A stretch of 64,000 bases of DNA from Azolla caroliniana (taxonomy: Eukaryota > Plantae > Polypodiophyta). The notes under the pieces are model-generated. The model was not told where the DNA came from, ran no database searches, and saw only the letters and a list, made by a program, of their open reading frames with translations. Location: contig JBHGNT010000020.1 of the NCBI GenBank assembly GCA_043228905.1, positions 806,001 through 870,000 of the forward strand, read 5' to 3'. A program made the translations under genes and the position numbers. How positions within the stretch are numbered: the first letter of the stretch is position 1; the number at the start of each line of letters is the position of its first letter. Below are positions 1 to 13,700 of this stretch, one piece after another.

Positions 1-23
1 TAAAACCAACATATTCATCATCA

Positions 24-239
24 ATGCATTATAAATGGATGGTCGATCTAGTGACAATGCCACTTGGGGAAGGTCAAATGCGATATTTAGTACTAGCAAG
101 AGAAGACCTTACAAACCAAGTAGAAGGAAGACCACTACGACAAAAAAAACAACTAGAGCTATATGTAAATTTTTGGGCATGTCCCTGTTTTGCAGGCTTC
201 TCTACCTATCCCTTCATCTATTGGAGTCACCTTCTGTGA
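24..239 (+). pseudogene. Ty3/gypsy integrase-core fragment
   Basis: KWMVDLVTMP...RYLVLAREDLTNQVEGRPL resembles the start of a retroviral-type integrase core; short and truncated. Confidence 0.45.
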
Positions 240-269
240 CTAGGGCCTTATGATAAAAAATGGACTCTT

Positions 270-557
270 TGTCCTTTTAGCGAGCTTCTTCCATTAGCAA
301 GCTCGACTTCACCATTCTAGAGATAGTTGTTTTCCTTGTGGTGTTGAGTTACCCAAGGTCACCACAAGTGTCTCCCAACTGTCTGTAAGGGATCCTCGTA
401 ACAACAATGCCAACACCTCGTTAACCAGAGGTACTTCTAAAGAGGTGGTCTAATTTATGAGTCTATGGAAGGTGTTCAAGTGCTCAGCCATGCTTGAGCC
501 ATCCTGATATCTCAATCTCACTATCTTCCTTAAGACCAAGACTCTATTTACCGCATT
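270..557 (-). pseudogene. Ty1/copia gag fragment
   Basis: Nucleotide similarity to the copia gag at 57780-57875 and 58997-59200 (RVLV.RKIVRLRYQDG.SMAEH...DSWETLVVTLGN). Confidence 0.7.
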
Positions 558-1083
558 GTCGTGGAGGATTCTGATCACTAGGAGAAAGGTCCATCAGGTG
601 CGTGTGAACACAGGGTGTGCATCTATGTACATAAACTCAATCTAATGTATAAAACAATTGTAGATAACATAGGACTAATAAGTACAAAACCGGATAGCTT
701 TTAATATGTACTTTATGATCCCACAAAAAGAGGGGAATGATAGCATCTTATGGCAAAGAATCGTTGGGAGAATCTCTGATAGAAGTGGTTGTCATAACTA
801 TTGATGCAACGGTCTCTCCTTGAGATATAAAAGGATAGCATGGAGATGAAAATGCGGGGATCAGTCGTTTTAAAGGGGAAGGTGCTATCGGATTGCGTCA
901 GGAAGTACTGTAGGTTTCCTGTTTCTGCTTAATCAATTAGGCGGTGTAAGGCCTCTACTAGCGTAGGAAGCCTGTGTGCTCTCGACCAAAGGCCCGCCGG
1001 TCCGTGGGTCTGTTGAGCTCGAAGCTCCATTTTTTGGCCTAAGGCCATCATTGTATTCGTTCTCTCTATCTAATTATTGAGTC

Positions 1084-1158
<75 letters not shown>

Positions 1159-1468
1159 TTTGTTTTTGGTTTGTCCAATCATGTTCAGAATCGTCTCGTT
1201 GCTTCTGTGTCTGGGAAGGTATCCCTCCTTCCCTCCTCTGATCTGTGGATAACTACTCGAGCCTGCGAGCCTCTATGCTCATCTTCCAGGATCCGGCGAT
1301 AGGTCTGAATCGAATACAACTCCGTGAGCCTGTGTGCTCAGTATTGGACTCCAGCGACCGAGCTGGATAGGCCACTACAAGCTTAATAGCCGCTCATTCT
1401 CAGGTTCCTTGGTCCAAGACCCTGGTTGTCCCGCCCAAGCTGACCCACAAGTCGCGAATATCTGCCAC
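558..1468. mobile_element. Possible LTR / LTR-like insertion containing (TG)n(AG)n
   Basis: Begins TGTCGTGG exactly where the gag fragment breaks and ends ...GCCACA; TATAAAA near 826. No partner LTR or TSD seen. Confidence 0.35.
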
Positions 1469-1559
1469 ATCTTTTGGTGCACCAATATCTTCTCGGTCAC
1501 AAATACTAGAGTTATGTTGAAGGAGGGAATGATGTAGCACCAAAGCTATCACACAAAGA

Positions 1560-4157
1560 CTTCCCAACTTGGGAGCACGCAGCAAGCCAAGTCTTGTATT
1601 GCATCGCGTCCTATGTGAGTGACCAGATGCTCAACTACATAAAAGATGCAAAGTCGCCTAAGGATGATTGGGGGAACCTAAAGAGGGTATTTGCCTCCAA
1701 CACCATAGCCCGTAAGTTGTAGCTAAGACAGAAGCTCAACAATGTCTAACAAGGAGGTATGTCGGTATTTGACTACACCACCAAGATCAAGGAGATCTGT
1801 GATGCACTTGGGTCTATTAGTGTTATTGTGGATGAAGGCGAGATGGTGCAGATCTGCCTCGATGGGTTAGCTCAGAAATGTGGGCCGATTTGAACAACTA
1901 TTTGCACGAGAGAGAGAGAGAGAGAGAGAGAGAAGCTCGTGTCATTTGTCGACTTAAAGTCGATGCTCCTTGTAGAGGAGAACCACACAAGTTTGTCGAC
2001 GAGTACGCACGCCGACAACAAGATGTTGTACACGGAGGTAGATAAGCCACTTGGTCGTGGTGGATGAGGCGGGTTGGTCCGCAACGGAGGCGACCGACAA
2101 GAGCAAAATCAGAGGTATAATCGACATGCCGACAACAGTTCCGGACCCTCCACAAGCAGGAGGAGTCCAGGTAGTGCCGAAAACCGACAAGGGAAGGCTA
2201 AGACAAAATGTTGGTATTGTGGCCGGAAAGGCGACAGAGAGAGCAAGTGCTAGAAAAAGAGTGTTGATTCGGACAGAGCTAGGGAGACGCAAAAAGGCGT
2301 CAAAGATCACACTACGCTGAAGCCTTAGGGCGAGTTAGAATAGGCCCAACCTTCGTCATGAAGCACAAAGCCAACTCGATGGCACCAAGCACCTTGAAGT
2401 CGAACGAGGTGTGGTATGTAGACTCTGGAGCGTCAAACCACATGATGAATCGTGAAGAATGGTTCTCTTATCTTGAGAAGTCGGAGCAGTCAGGAGTTGT
2501 CGAAACTGGCGACGACACCCCTCACCCCATCAAACATATCGAAGATGTCCCTCAAAGCCATGTCGGTCAGAGAGGAATCATGAGAAATGTCTTGTATGTG
2601 CCAACAATCACCAAGAACTTGGTGTCGGTCGGACAAATTGTCGACCAGGGCATGCAAGTTCGATTTACTCACCTTGGGTGCTTCATAGAAGAAGAAGGCC
2701 GAATACCGAGGAGTGGTTGTCACAACATGCAAAGCCATATGGCTCAAAAGGCTATTGAAGGATCTGCGAGTAGAGGTGTCCGAACCAATAGTGTTATAAG
2801 ACGACAACCTCACCAGCATCCAACTTGCAAAAAACCCCGTCTTCCATGCCCAAACCAAGCACATTGAGGTGCACTATCATTTCGTCTATGAGCGAGTTCT
2901 CTCCGGTGAAGTGGAACTCGTATATGTTCCAATTGATCAGCAAGTGGCCAATATCTTCACCAAACCTCTCGGCCTAGACAAGTTGTGGCATTTTTCGAGC
3001 ATGCTTGGTTTACAACACCTTGACATGCCGAACTTGAGGGGGAGGAGCGAGAACGAGAGGGAGGAGAGAGATGGCGTCCGGAAAGTCGAAACGAGTGAAG
3101 AATTCAAGTTCGGAACGACTAAAGAAGTCGGGACGTCCGGATCGGCTGGAGAAGCTGAGGACGTGTGGACAAATGGAAGAAGATAGGCTAAGTGGAGACT
3201 AGCCAGATGCAGGGGGAGTGGCCGAAAGAACGAGCCAAAGCTAGGGCCAACCAAACAAGGGGGAGACCAAGCCGAAGAAGGCAAGGCAGGTGGCAGACTC
3301 AACAAGGGCAGAGCCGACCTGAAGATAAAGGTTAGGACCAAGACATGGTCGGATGTGGTGAAGGGCCTGGATGGGAACAAATCTAAGACAGCCGATTCGA
3401 TCAAGAAGAGTGATTCGGATGAGCTTAATCATATGAAGGCCACGTAGATGAGAAGGTAATCGAAGCCGACGGGTCGAGGGGCGCCAATGCCACGACGGTG
3501 AAGGAGTTGAGAGGGGCCTGAAGAGCAGACGTACCAACCACAGGGGTCAAGGTGCACAGAACCAGATGGGTCGAAGAGCGTCGGACCGGAGGGGTCGTGG
3601 GACGCGGGACTAGACTGGACGAGAAGCGCGAGTGAGGTGTCGACACGTTAGGAGAAGCTGGAACTATGTACTAGCTGGAGATGACATGGGATCTCAAGTT
3701 GAGCTTGAGGGGGAGTGTTGAGCGAGCAAGCTCAACTTGGGCCAAATCAGTTGAAGAAGTTGAGAGCCAGATCGGTTGGAGACCGATTGGCCAAGCCTGA
3801 ATCGGTTGGATAACCTGAAAGACGAATTGGTTGTTAGGCCGAATTGGATGAAATCTAATAGGCCGTTAGGAGCCTATATTCCTATTTTAGTAAATAGGAA
3901 TATTATAGGCAGAGTTAATGACAAGCTCATTCATGAGCATTAAAGTACTAATACTACTTGTGTCAATCCACTCGTCAGGGCTTGTATATAAAGTGCTTTC
4001 TAAGCACATTCATTGTATAGAGTACTGAGTCTGTGTAATTGAAATTTTATGTTGTCTGCTCCACTTAATCTCTCTCTCCCACTCTATGTTTACCTAATTG
4101 TTGTGTTGCCGAATAACTAATTGTGTACTCTGTGTCTATCGCATATGCTTCCGCACA
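1560..4157 (+). mobile_element. Internally deleted Ty1/copia element (gag, protease, RNase H end, 3' LTR)
   Basis: Decayed gag with CCHC-like CWYCGRKGD; protease WYVDSGASNHM in ORF 2358-2867; direct jump to RNase H end (NP.FH.QTKHIE.HYHFV...ANIFTKPL); PPT TTGAGGGGGAG followed by TGTTGAGC LTR start at 3716. LTR end is approximate. Confidence 0.8.
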
Positions 4158-4169
4158 CGTAGTTTTTTT

Positions 4170-4546
4170 ACATGTATTTATTCTTATACAGAATTATGGG
4201 CTATTTACAAGTGTATCCTCTAATCGACCTAATTGGCTTCCGGCTTTTAACCGGCCTTCATTCAGTACAAATCTCTACCAACTCGGCCAATTCTTGGCAA
4301 GTCTTCAGTTGGTTCCCAGATCCAGCTCCTGTCTAGACTGATCGGCTTGTGGTTGACCCTTGGTCGATCGACTATTGGTCAATCTGGCTGATATCTTGTA
4401 TCTGGCTTCAGATCTAGACAGGTCGGCTGCTAGCCGGCGACTTGTCCAGATCCAACCGGATGTCTTTTGGCCGATCACGCTCCATGCTCCTTGCCCGGAT
4501 CCAGTGTTCTTGCACATCCCATCCGGAGGGACCGGCTATCCCAACA
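4170..4546 (-). mobile_element. Partial copia LTR related to the LTRs at 46849 and 60019
   Basis: Shares GGGCTATTTACAA and the terminal ATCCCATCCGGAGGGACCG...CCAACA with 47364 and 60019. Confidence 0.6.
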
Positions 4547-4815
4547 CATTTGACATGAGTAATCGACTATGCACACTTTTCCCCAAACAAGTTCGGGAGT
4601 TTGAGTATCATACTTGATACAATGCTCTTCCTTTTATCACACCCAACTATACTTTGATCAAACCCAATGCTTGCATGAATCTCTTGCAATCACAAAGTGC
4701 ACTCTTGATTGCAAAATTCAACATCAAGACTCACTACTCACTTTCACATGTATTACTTGAAAATGTGATATTTTTGTCTCATTGGTCATATTGGACCTTT
4801 GAAGATAATAATAAA

Positions 4816-4816
<1 letters not shown>

Positions 4817-4852
<36 letters not shown>

Positions 4853-4980
4853 CCACACAATTATATTAACACGGTTGAAAACCATACAAAATCATTTCCC
4901 TCCCTCCCTACATACACCCACACAATTATATTAACATAGTTAAAAACCATACAATATCTTTGCCCTCCCTCCCTACATAC
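4817..4980. repeat. (TG)n microsatellite followed by a 2 x ~65-bp direct repeat
   Basis: CACACAATTATATTAACA...CCCTCCCTCCCTACATAC occurs twice. Confidence 0.8.
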
Positions 4981-6146
4981 AAAGAGGTTGTCATCGTGAC
5001 AGAGGCACATTCCCAAGTGTCATCATAAAAGTTGAATGCTCACACAAAGAAACATTCCCCACATGAGCTAGCATCCACATAAGTATGTCTTGCAACTTTC
5101 TAATAGAAGCATTACTCCTTGTCTTCCATCCAACATAAAAGCATTGTTCATATTCCAATTACGCTGCGACCCCCAATACCTTAAATTGAAATATCATTTC
5201 CATCTCTTCCTTCGGTCCATGATGCACATATTGGCTTAAGAGCCATTAGATAACAAGAAGACAAAAGTTGTCGTATTTTCGATAAATATTTTTGAGTACC
5301 ATGTGCAATAGGGCATCAAATCAATGTATATTGTCATCCAATCAATGTCAAACCTCTCTTCTTAAGAATTGAACCTAAAGAAAGGCCCCCACTCATCACT
5401 CTCTAAACAAACATTTAGGATCTAAATGACAATTGTGCATGCCAACTACACTACAACATTTTCCGCCACCATGCATCATAGTTGCCTACATTCAACTTCT
5501 TTTGTGCTTTAGATAAGAGTCATGAAAGTGAAGCCACAGAATGATGATACAACAATACAACATATTAGCATTATCTCTCTCTCTAACATTTCATGACATG
5601 AAGGGTTCTCCACAAGATTGAAGAATGCGTGATAGCATCTCTAAATCCACATAAAGATTTTCAAAATGTCAAAAAATGTGTTTTCATATAAAGTTTCTCC
5701 AATTCAAGATAGAAATGTCATGCATATTCTTATTTCTTATGACTATACCACTATCATACATGGTTAAGGTTTTAAAAAAATTATAGAGAATTTCTAGAAT
5801 CCTATGGAAGCAAGTAAAAAAGCTCAAAAAAAGATACATAGAATCCTATTGAGTTCTAGATAGATAAATAAAAAAACATAGAGAAATGGTTGGAAGATAA
5901 GGTGCTTGCATCATGTTGTTTCAATAGATTCCTCACTGAATAAGGCATTTTATTCATGCCAATGTATCATAGTTAGGGAGACATATGTGGTTTGATCTTC
6001 ACAATTTATATTACCTACATTGTGCCAAACCACAAAACCATTATCTTCATTGTAAATCATACTCATCTAAACATGCTAAAACCCCATTCCCTAGACTTCA
6101 AATTTTCACAAACTCAATTTCATGACCAATGTGTTCCATTTGTTAC

Positions 6147-6620
6147 TGTTATGTACACATAACGTTGGTGAGGGTAGGTCACTAATATTTACATTAGTGA
6201 AGGGTATGTTCACTATTATTAAAAAGGGGACTAATGATTGGATAGAATGAATGATATGTGCATGCACTATCATGATTTAGACAACCAATGAATAGAGAGC
6301 CTTTTAGAAAGGCACATCTATTCAAGGGGCCTAGGAAAAGGTATAAATATGAGGCTTAGCTACCCTCATAGGGATCATCACGTCGGAAGGCTGCTGTCGT
6401 AGACACCGGTGGTGCGGGCTAGGCTTTCGTCTCGACGATCGTGTTTATCTCTTCCAAGGTATTAGTCATCCTAATATCCGGCGGTATGGGACGTCGGTGG
6501 TAGGTTGGCTATGTCTAGATCATAGCTCGGGGGTGGTCGGGTGGAACGGGTTCTTCTATCCAATCTATTTTCTTCCTTTTTACTTGATTTGGTCTATTGA
6601 TTAGTAATAGACTCTTAACA
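6147..6620 (+). repeat. 5' LTR of the gypsy element
   Basis: Direct repeat of 12785-13258; TATAAATA at ~6342. Confidence 0.97.
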
Positions 6621-7059
6621 GTGGTATCAGAGCTTTTACTAACAATTTTTTTGTTGTTTTGATGTTTTTTGTGTGTGAGCGAGGGGGATCTAACAAGGCT
6701 CGTCATGCTCTTCTCAGGATCAAAACAACACTCTAAACCCGGTATTCTTCTTTTTTGATCTCTTCTCTTTTTCTATTATGCGTTCTTTATGGTCGAATCA
6801 AATTGGTATTACGTTTTATTCTCTTTCTTTCTACCTCCTACTACGCTACGATTTTACTTATTATTATGCATCGGGCCGAGTGTGTTTGCACTAATCGCAC
6901 ACGCTCAACTCATGGCCTTTTGCATATTGCGATATATATCCCACTCTCTCCTCTCTTGAACTCTTACGATAATAATTATTCTTGTGCATTGGGTCGAGCG
7001 TGTTTGCTCTAATCGCACACGCTTATCTCATGGCCGTTTTGCATATGATGTTGAGTATA

Positions 7060-7390
7060 CCACTCTTCCCCTCTATTGAGCCATCACTTGGCCGATTCTA
7101 AGGGATGATGTGGCCTTGACGAGGTGTATGTTGCCTACCTATGCCACTCTACTCTCTATTAAGCCATCAATTGGCCGATTCTATGGGATGTTGTGGCCTT
7201 GACAAGGTATATGTAGCTTACATATGCCACTTTCCTTTTTAATTAGCCATCAATTGGCCGATTCTAAGGGATGATGTGGCCTTGACGAGGTATATGTCAC
7301 TTACCTATGCCACTTTCCTCTTTAATTAGCCATTACTTGGCCGATTCTAGGGATATGTGGTGGTCTTGAGGAGGTGCATGTCAACTACCC
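7060..7390. repeat. ~83-bp tandem repeat x4 in the gypsy 5' leader
   Basis: TTGGCCGATTCTA recurs at ~7088, 7171, 7254 and 7337; preceded by two ~120-bp hairpin-bearing repeats (6870-7060). Confidence 0.85.
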
Positions 7391-8374
7391 TAGGGTTTCG
7401 TATCTTAGGGCATGTTTGATTCCATACACCTAATTGTTGATTATTCTAATTAAATCTTAATTTCATAAGTATTGTTTCACTTATATGATTTTCTAGTAAT
7501 TATTATTTACCCGCCCACAATTAACTCTCCTTTTTCCACTTCCTTTTCATGTATAAAGTATTTACATCGTTTATTTTTAATGTAACCTTTACGTGTAGAC
7601 TATTTTTTTCGTATGGAGTGGCTTGTTGAACGATTTTTTTCAACGGGTCATCTAGGTTTAACTCTTATCATCAAGCCTTAGAAAACGAGTAAAACCATAT
7701 GAGTTCCCTTATTGATGTTTTACTCATGGATTTGAGTATTACATCTTTGCGCACAACACCGTCATCACTTGTATCAATTTGTGGCTTATGTCACAATTGT
7801 GCAAGTTATAACAATCATATTGGGATGTATATGTGCATACCTTGCACTTCCCATTTATTTGTGACATTGTTTTTTTCGTAGGTAACACATGGGTTCTTTT
7901 TTTTTTACCCTTGTTTTCGTCACTACTTAACTCTTATGAGTAGTGCCTTATTTTATCATTTTATCATCACGTTTGCTTATTGCTCGCAAGACTAGAATAT
8001 TACTTGTGAGTGCACTTGTTTTTTCACGTAATACACTTTCTCGACCATATAATACATGATGGGTGGGCATTAATATAAGGCTATCTAGGAAATTTCATTG
8101 ATGTAAGAACCATGGTTGAGCCTCGGGGAGCCGCCATGATTACTCAAGATAGAGATCCAAGAAATACATCTTAGCTATGTTTTCCCCCATGGTTTTTAAA
8201 ACACCATAGTGTTACCATAGTTATCGGATCTCGAATCACATCTCATATGTCTAGAGGGGTAAAGACATGAGATACTTTCTTGGATAAAGTTCTTTCAATC
8301 AAAATTTCAAGCATTCATTTTGCTTGTGTATTTTCTGAACCTCCTTATTTTATTGCATACCCACAGCGTGCATC

Positions 8375-11300
8375 ATGGAACAAGTTTTGAACGCAGTTGG
8401 AACGATCTCTCCAAATGAGACCTCTCAACCCCAATCCGCATCTCGCACACAAGCTGAGATCACTATTGAGCAATTGCTCACTACTACCTTGAATCAATTG
8501 GCCGAAATGAGACAGGCCAATATGGCATTGGAAAAGAAATTCCAAGAATTAACTATTGAGTCCAAGAAAGAAGGTGAACCTTCCTTCGTAGTCACGCCTT
8601 TCAAGGGAGATAAGAAAGAAAGAACCGAGGAGGCCATTAGCACTTGGCTTGGTCGTTGGGAGTCTCACTTTGAGCTTCATCCCAAGCCCGATGCAGTAAA
8701 AATTGGTTATGTCGGTCGTGAGTTAGGTGGCCGAGCTGCTGCTTAGTGGCGTGGCCTAAGGACCGCAAAAAACTTACCCACAACTTGGGAAGGTTTCGTT
8801 GATGTTTTTAAGAAACAATTCTTGCAGCCACCTTCTCAAACCGAACAAGCGCAACACTTGCTCACATTGTCTAGTAAGCCATTTACCTCTCTCGAGGATT
8901 ATGTGCATCACGCTCGGACCCAGATCCAAAAATCGGGACTTACGGGTGAGAAATGGTTTGTCGCTTGTTTTTTGAATGGTATTCCCAATGGGGATTATCA
9001 TTGGATTGTCCATGACAAGGACCCCACAACTTTCGAGGAAGCCGTCAACATTGTGCTGCGATACCATAGGACTTCCAAGAAAGACCACAATAAACCTGAG
9101 TTCGCCAAAACTCCGAATGTCAAGTTCATTGGGAAACGTAAGCAATCCAGTGACACTCTTGACCGCGACTCAAAGAAACCGAACCTCTTCTGTGCATATT
9201 GCAAGAAGCGGGGCCACACAAAGGATACCTGTCGTCGTCTTGAGAGGAAGTCAATGAACACCCCTCCTCAAGACAAATCTACGAGTCACACAGGTGAGTC
9301 TTTTGATATTGTTGAAGTTCATACCAATCACTTAAGTTTATGTGAATGCACTTTTCCTTCACATTTACTTGGACCTAATGATTTACTCCGAGCAGTCGGA
9401 TATATCAATGGAACACAAGCACATTTCTTGTTTGATTCCGGTAGTTCTCACAATTTTCTTAATGATCACTTTGTGCAGCAAATGAAGCTCCACATAAACG
9501 CAAGTGATCATATCTATCAAGTTCACATGGCAAATGGAAACGTTCAATACATCAGTGGCATTGTTTGTCAACTGCCAATTCAAATAGATACTTATTTGGA
9601 GAAGCTTGACTTTCATGTTATGAAATTACAATCCGCAGATGTCATTTTAGGATATCCTTGGTTTTTTAATAAAAACCCTTCTTTGTCCATTGATTGGGTT
9701 AATCACTCAATCACATTTGAACTTAATAATTGTAAACATTTTATTCAATGTTCCAAACTTCCTTCTCATTCACTTGTGTCTTCTAAATCTTTAAGTGAGT
9801 ATTCTAGTTCATTAATTTATTCGTGTGTAATTGATCCTACGGTTCAATTTTATTATTTTAATATTGACGCCACACAATTACCACATTTTGAGCAACGATT
9901 ACTCGACTCTATTTTAGAGGATTTTCAAGATGTGTTTCCTACTGAATTACCGCTTACTTTACCACCTAAACGTAATGTGGACCATCAAATTGAACTCATC
10001 CCTGGGGCTGCTCCTGTGAGCATTCCACCTTACCGACTTAGTCGATTAGAAGAGGATGAGATCGCTAAACAACTTAAGGAATACTTGAGTATGGGCCACA
10101 TTAGGTATAATAAATCACCTTGGGGTGCGCCAGTTCTATTAGTCAAGAAGAAGGAAGGTTCGTGGCGAATGTGTATCAATTATCGCCGTTTGAATAAAAT
10201 GACAATTAAGAATGCATATCCATTACCTCGTGCCGATGATTTGATTGATCGTTTGCACGGGGCTCGATATTTTACGAAAATTGACTTACGAACTGGTTAT
10301 CATCAAATTCGCATCGCCGAGGATGATATTCCTAAAACCGCTTTTCGTACGCGCTATGGCCATTATGAGTTTTTAGTCATGCCATTTGGGTTGACTAATG
10401 CTCCAGCCACATTCCAACAAGCGATGAATGATGTTTTCCGAGATCAACTCGGTGATTTTGTTGTCGTCTTCTTGGATGATATTTTGATATGTAGCCGTAC
10501 CTTGCAAGATCATGTTCAACATGTTCGATTTGTTTTGCGAAAGTTGCGTGACAACTCTTTCTATGCAAAACATTCAAAATGTGACTTCTTCCAAAAATCT
10601 ATTGTGTACCTAGGTCATTTAATTACAGAAAATGGCGTTGAAATTGAACCTTCTCGTATTGAAAAGGTTAAACTTTGGCCCATTCCTCGTAATATTCGTG
10701 AACTTAGATCATTCTTAGGGTTTGTTGGATTTTTACGAAAATCAATTCGTAACTATTCCAAATTGACTACGCCATTAACTGACCTTTTAAAAGGTCATCC
10801 ACGTAAGTCTGTCAAACCAATTTCATGGAATGAACAACTTGACAAATCATTTGAGACACTCAAGGAGCATGTGTGTCAGGCTCCCACTCTTCTATTACCA
10901 GACCCTTCTAAGCCTTTCTCAATTGAAACCGATGCTAGTGATTATGCTATTGGTGCCGTTCTTTATCAAGGTGGTCACCCTATTGCTTTTGAAAGTAAGA
11001 AGCTTGATGCTGCTCAATCTCGGTATTCGGTTCAAGAGAAAGAGTTGTTTGCGGTGATACACGCACTTAAAACATGGAGGCACTATCTCTATGGAAATAA
11101 ATTTGTGGTTACAACAGACCATCAATCATTAAAGTATTTTTGTGACCAGCCCGATCTTGTTGGTCGTAAAGGCCGTTGGGCTGACCTTATGCAAGATTTT
11201 GATTTTTCCATACGATATCGCAAGGGTTCTATGAACACCGTTGCTGATGCTCTTAGTCGCATTAAAGAAGTTAACATGCTTAGCTTCACGGAAATAAAAT

Positions 11301-12778
11301 CTGATCTTTTAGATCACCTTCGAGGGAAATACCTTGATGACAGTTATTTCTCAAAATACTGGACGAAAGCCGAATCTGGTTTAGATGCCGATACTAGCAC
11401 CCTACCCTCGAAGGCGACCTTTCACATTACAAACGGTTTGCTCTACCATAGTGGAAAGGTCTGTGTTCCAGATTTACCAAATGTTAAACAGAAAATTTTT
11501 CATGAATGTCATGATGCACCATCTGCTGGTCATCCTGGAATACAACGCACACTCGTTCTCATCTCGTGTACTTTTTTCTGGCCTAAGATGCGCTCTGACG
11601 TGCATAAATACGTAACTCAATGCTTACAATGTCAGATTAATAAGTCGGAACGACTTAAAGCTGCTGGTCTTTTACATCCCTTAGATATTCCCAACAATAA
11701 ATGGGAAAGTATCTCGATGGATTTTATTGTTAGTTTACCTCGTACACAGAGGGGTCATGATGCCATATGGGTTGTCGTTGACAGGCTAACAAAATTAGCT
11801 AGATTTATTCCTACAAAAACCACGGTAACCGCTCAACAGTTGGCTTATCAATTTGTTGATGAGTTATTTCGTTTTTATGGATTACCGATGGATATTGTTA
11901 GTGATCGAGATTCCAAGTTTACTAGTGACTTTTGGACTCAAGTCTTTAAGAAACTAGAAACTACGTTGAGCATGAGTTCCGCAGATCATCCTCAGTCTGA
12001 TAGACAAACTGAACGAGTTAATCAAATTATTGAGGACATGCTTCGAGCTTATGTAGCAAAAACCCCTTCTAAGTGGGAGCAATACCTTCCTATCTTAGAA
12101 TTTGCCTATAATAGCTCTAAACATACATCCACTAGATATAGTCCTTTTATGTTGATGTATGGTTTTCAGCCACGTGCCCCAGTTGATGTCACGATTCATC
12201 GTGATACATTAGACAGTACACGCAATTTTTTGCAAGACATGAACCAAATGTTGCATATTGCCAAAGAAAATGTCAAGACAGCTCAAGATCGTGCTCGATT
12301 TTATGCTAATCAGGATAGACGTCCTCGTGCATTTACTATTGGTCAAAAAGTTTTTTTGCGTGTCCCGACTGATTCTACGTCATTATCTACGGGCAAGTGC
12401 GCTAAGTTAGCCCCACGATATTGTGGCCCATTTGAAATCCTTAAGCGAGTTGGGTCATCTGCTTATCACCTTGCCTTACCTCGTAACGTTGGTATTCATC
12501 CTGTTTTTCACGTCAGTCGTCTAAAACCATTTTTAGGCTCTGGTGATAACACCATCACAATCCAAGATCTTGTAACATTAGAGGATTTTTCTTACAAACC
12601 TCATGTTCCTGAACGAATTCTTGATTCTCGTACTAAACGTTTACGTTCTAAAGAGATTCGGCTATTCAAGATCAAATGGATGGATAAACCTATTGATGAT
12701 GCCACATGGGAACGCGAGCATTCGCTTAAGGCACAATTTCCTCACTTTATATTGCAAGAGTGCAATCTTTTGAAGTAG
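8375..12778 (+). CDS. Gag-Pol polyprotein (gag, zinc knuckle, protease, RT, RNase H, integrase, chromodomain) with one in-frame TAG at 8744-8746
   Basis: ORFs 8375-8746 and 8822-12778 are in the same frame. Motifs: CAYCKKRGHTKDTC, LFDSGSSHNF, FLDD, ETDASDYAIGAVL, HHCC, SDRD, GPF, and C-terminal chromodomain ERILDSR...IKW...DATWE. Confidence 0.93.
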
Positions 12779-12784
12779 GGAGTA

Positions 12785-13258
12785 TGTTATGTACACATAA
12801 CGTTGGTGAGGGTAGGTCACTAATATTTACATTAGTGAAGGGTATGTTCACTATTATTAAAAAGGGGATTAATGATTGGATAGAATGAATGATATGTGCA
12901 TGCACTATCATGATTTAGACAACCAATGAATAGAGAGCCTTTTAGAAAGGCACATCTATTCAAGGGGCCTAGGAAAAGGTATAAATATGAGGCTTAGCTA
13001 CCCTCATAGGGATCATCACGTCGGAAGGCTGCTATCGTAGACACCGGTGGTGCGGGCTAGGCTTTCGTCTCGACGATCGTGTTTATCTCTTCCAAGGTAT
13101 TAGTCATCCTAATATCCGGCGGTATGGGACGTCGGTGGTAGGTTGGCTATGTCTAGATCATAGCTCGGGGGTGGTCGGGTGGAACGGGTTCTTCTATCCA
13201 ATCTATTTTCTTCCTTTTTACTTGATTTGGTCTATTGATTAGTAATAGACTCTTAACA
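12785..13258 (+). repeat. 3' LTR of the gypsy element
   Basis: Direct repeat of 6147-6620. Confidence 0.97.
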
Positions 13259-13263
13259 GTTAC

Positions 13264-13700
13264 CATTGAGACGATAGTGCCAACAAGCACATGTATTCCC
13301 ATGGGAGTTTGCTTCAACACCTTCCACCAAATTATACGAAGGTTCTTATAACTATTGTAAGTCTTCTTCATCTTTCAAATGTCCTTCTTCTTCTTTCAAA
13401 TTTCCCGAAGAAACTTATTCAATAGTGTTTTTACATACTTAACATTGTTTATTGACTACATCCCATCCCCTAGTCTCTAAATTATCTCAAATTCTACTTT
13501 CATGATCAATGGGTCCCCTTTGTTATCATTGAGACTAGAGTGCCAACAATTGCATGTGCTCCCATGGGTAGTTGGTTTAACGGCTTCCACCAAATTACTT
13601 GAAGGTTCTTACAACTCTAGTAAATCTTCTTCGTCTTTCAAACTTCCTGAAGGAAATTATTCAATTGCTTTTTTCGTGCTTAGCATTGTTTACTGACTAG
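13264..13700. repeat. Old ~265-bp tandem duplication; first copy split by the gypsy
   Basis: CATTGAGAC..AGTGCCAACAA...CCACCAAATTA..GAAGGTTCTTA occurs twice; 6080-6146 matches 13460-13525. Confidence 0.75.

Larger units (their letters stand above)
6147..13258 (+). mobile_element. Full-length young Ty3/gypsy chromovirus LTR retrotransposon
   Basis: 474-bp LTRs at 6147-6620 and 12785-13258 (TG..CA, about 2 mismatches seen); 5-bp TSD GTTAC (6142-6146, 13259-13263); PBS TGGTATCAGAGC (tRNA-iMet) at 6622-6633; PPT before 12785. Confidence 0.97.

Noticed and set aside
4980-5700. Possible DNA transposase remnant on the minus strand
   Set aside because: Only vague motifs with many stops; cannot be supported without a search.
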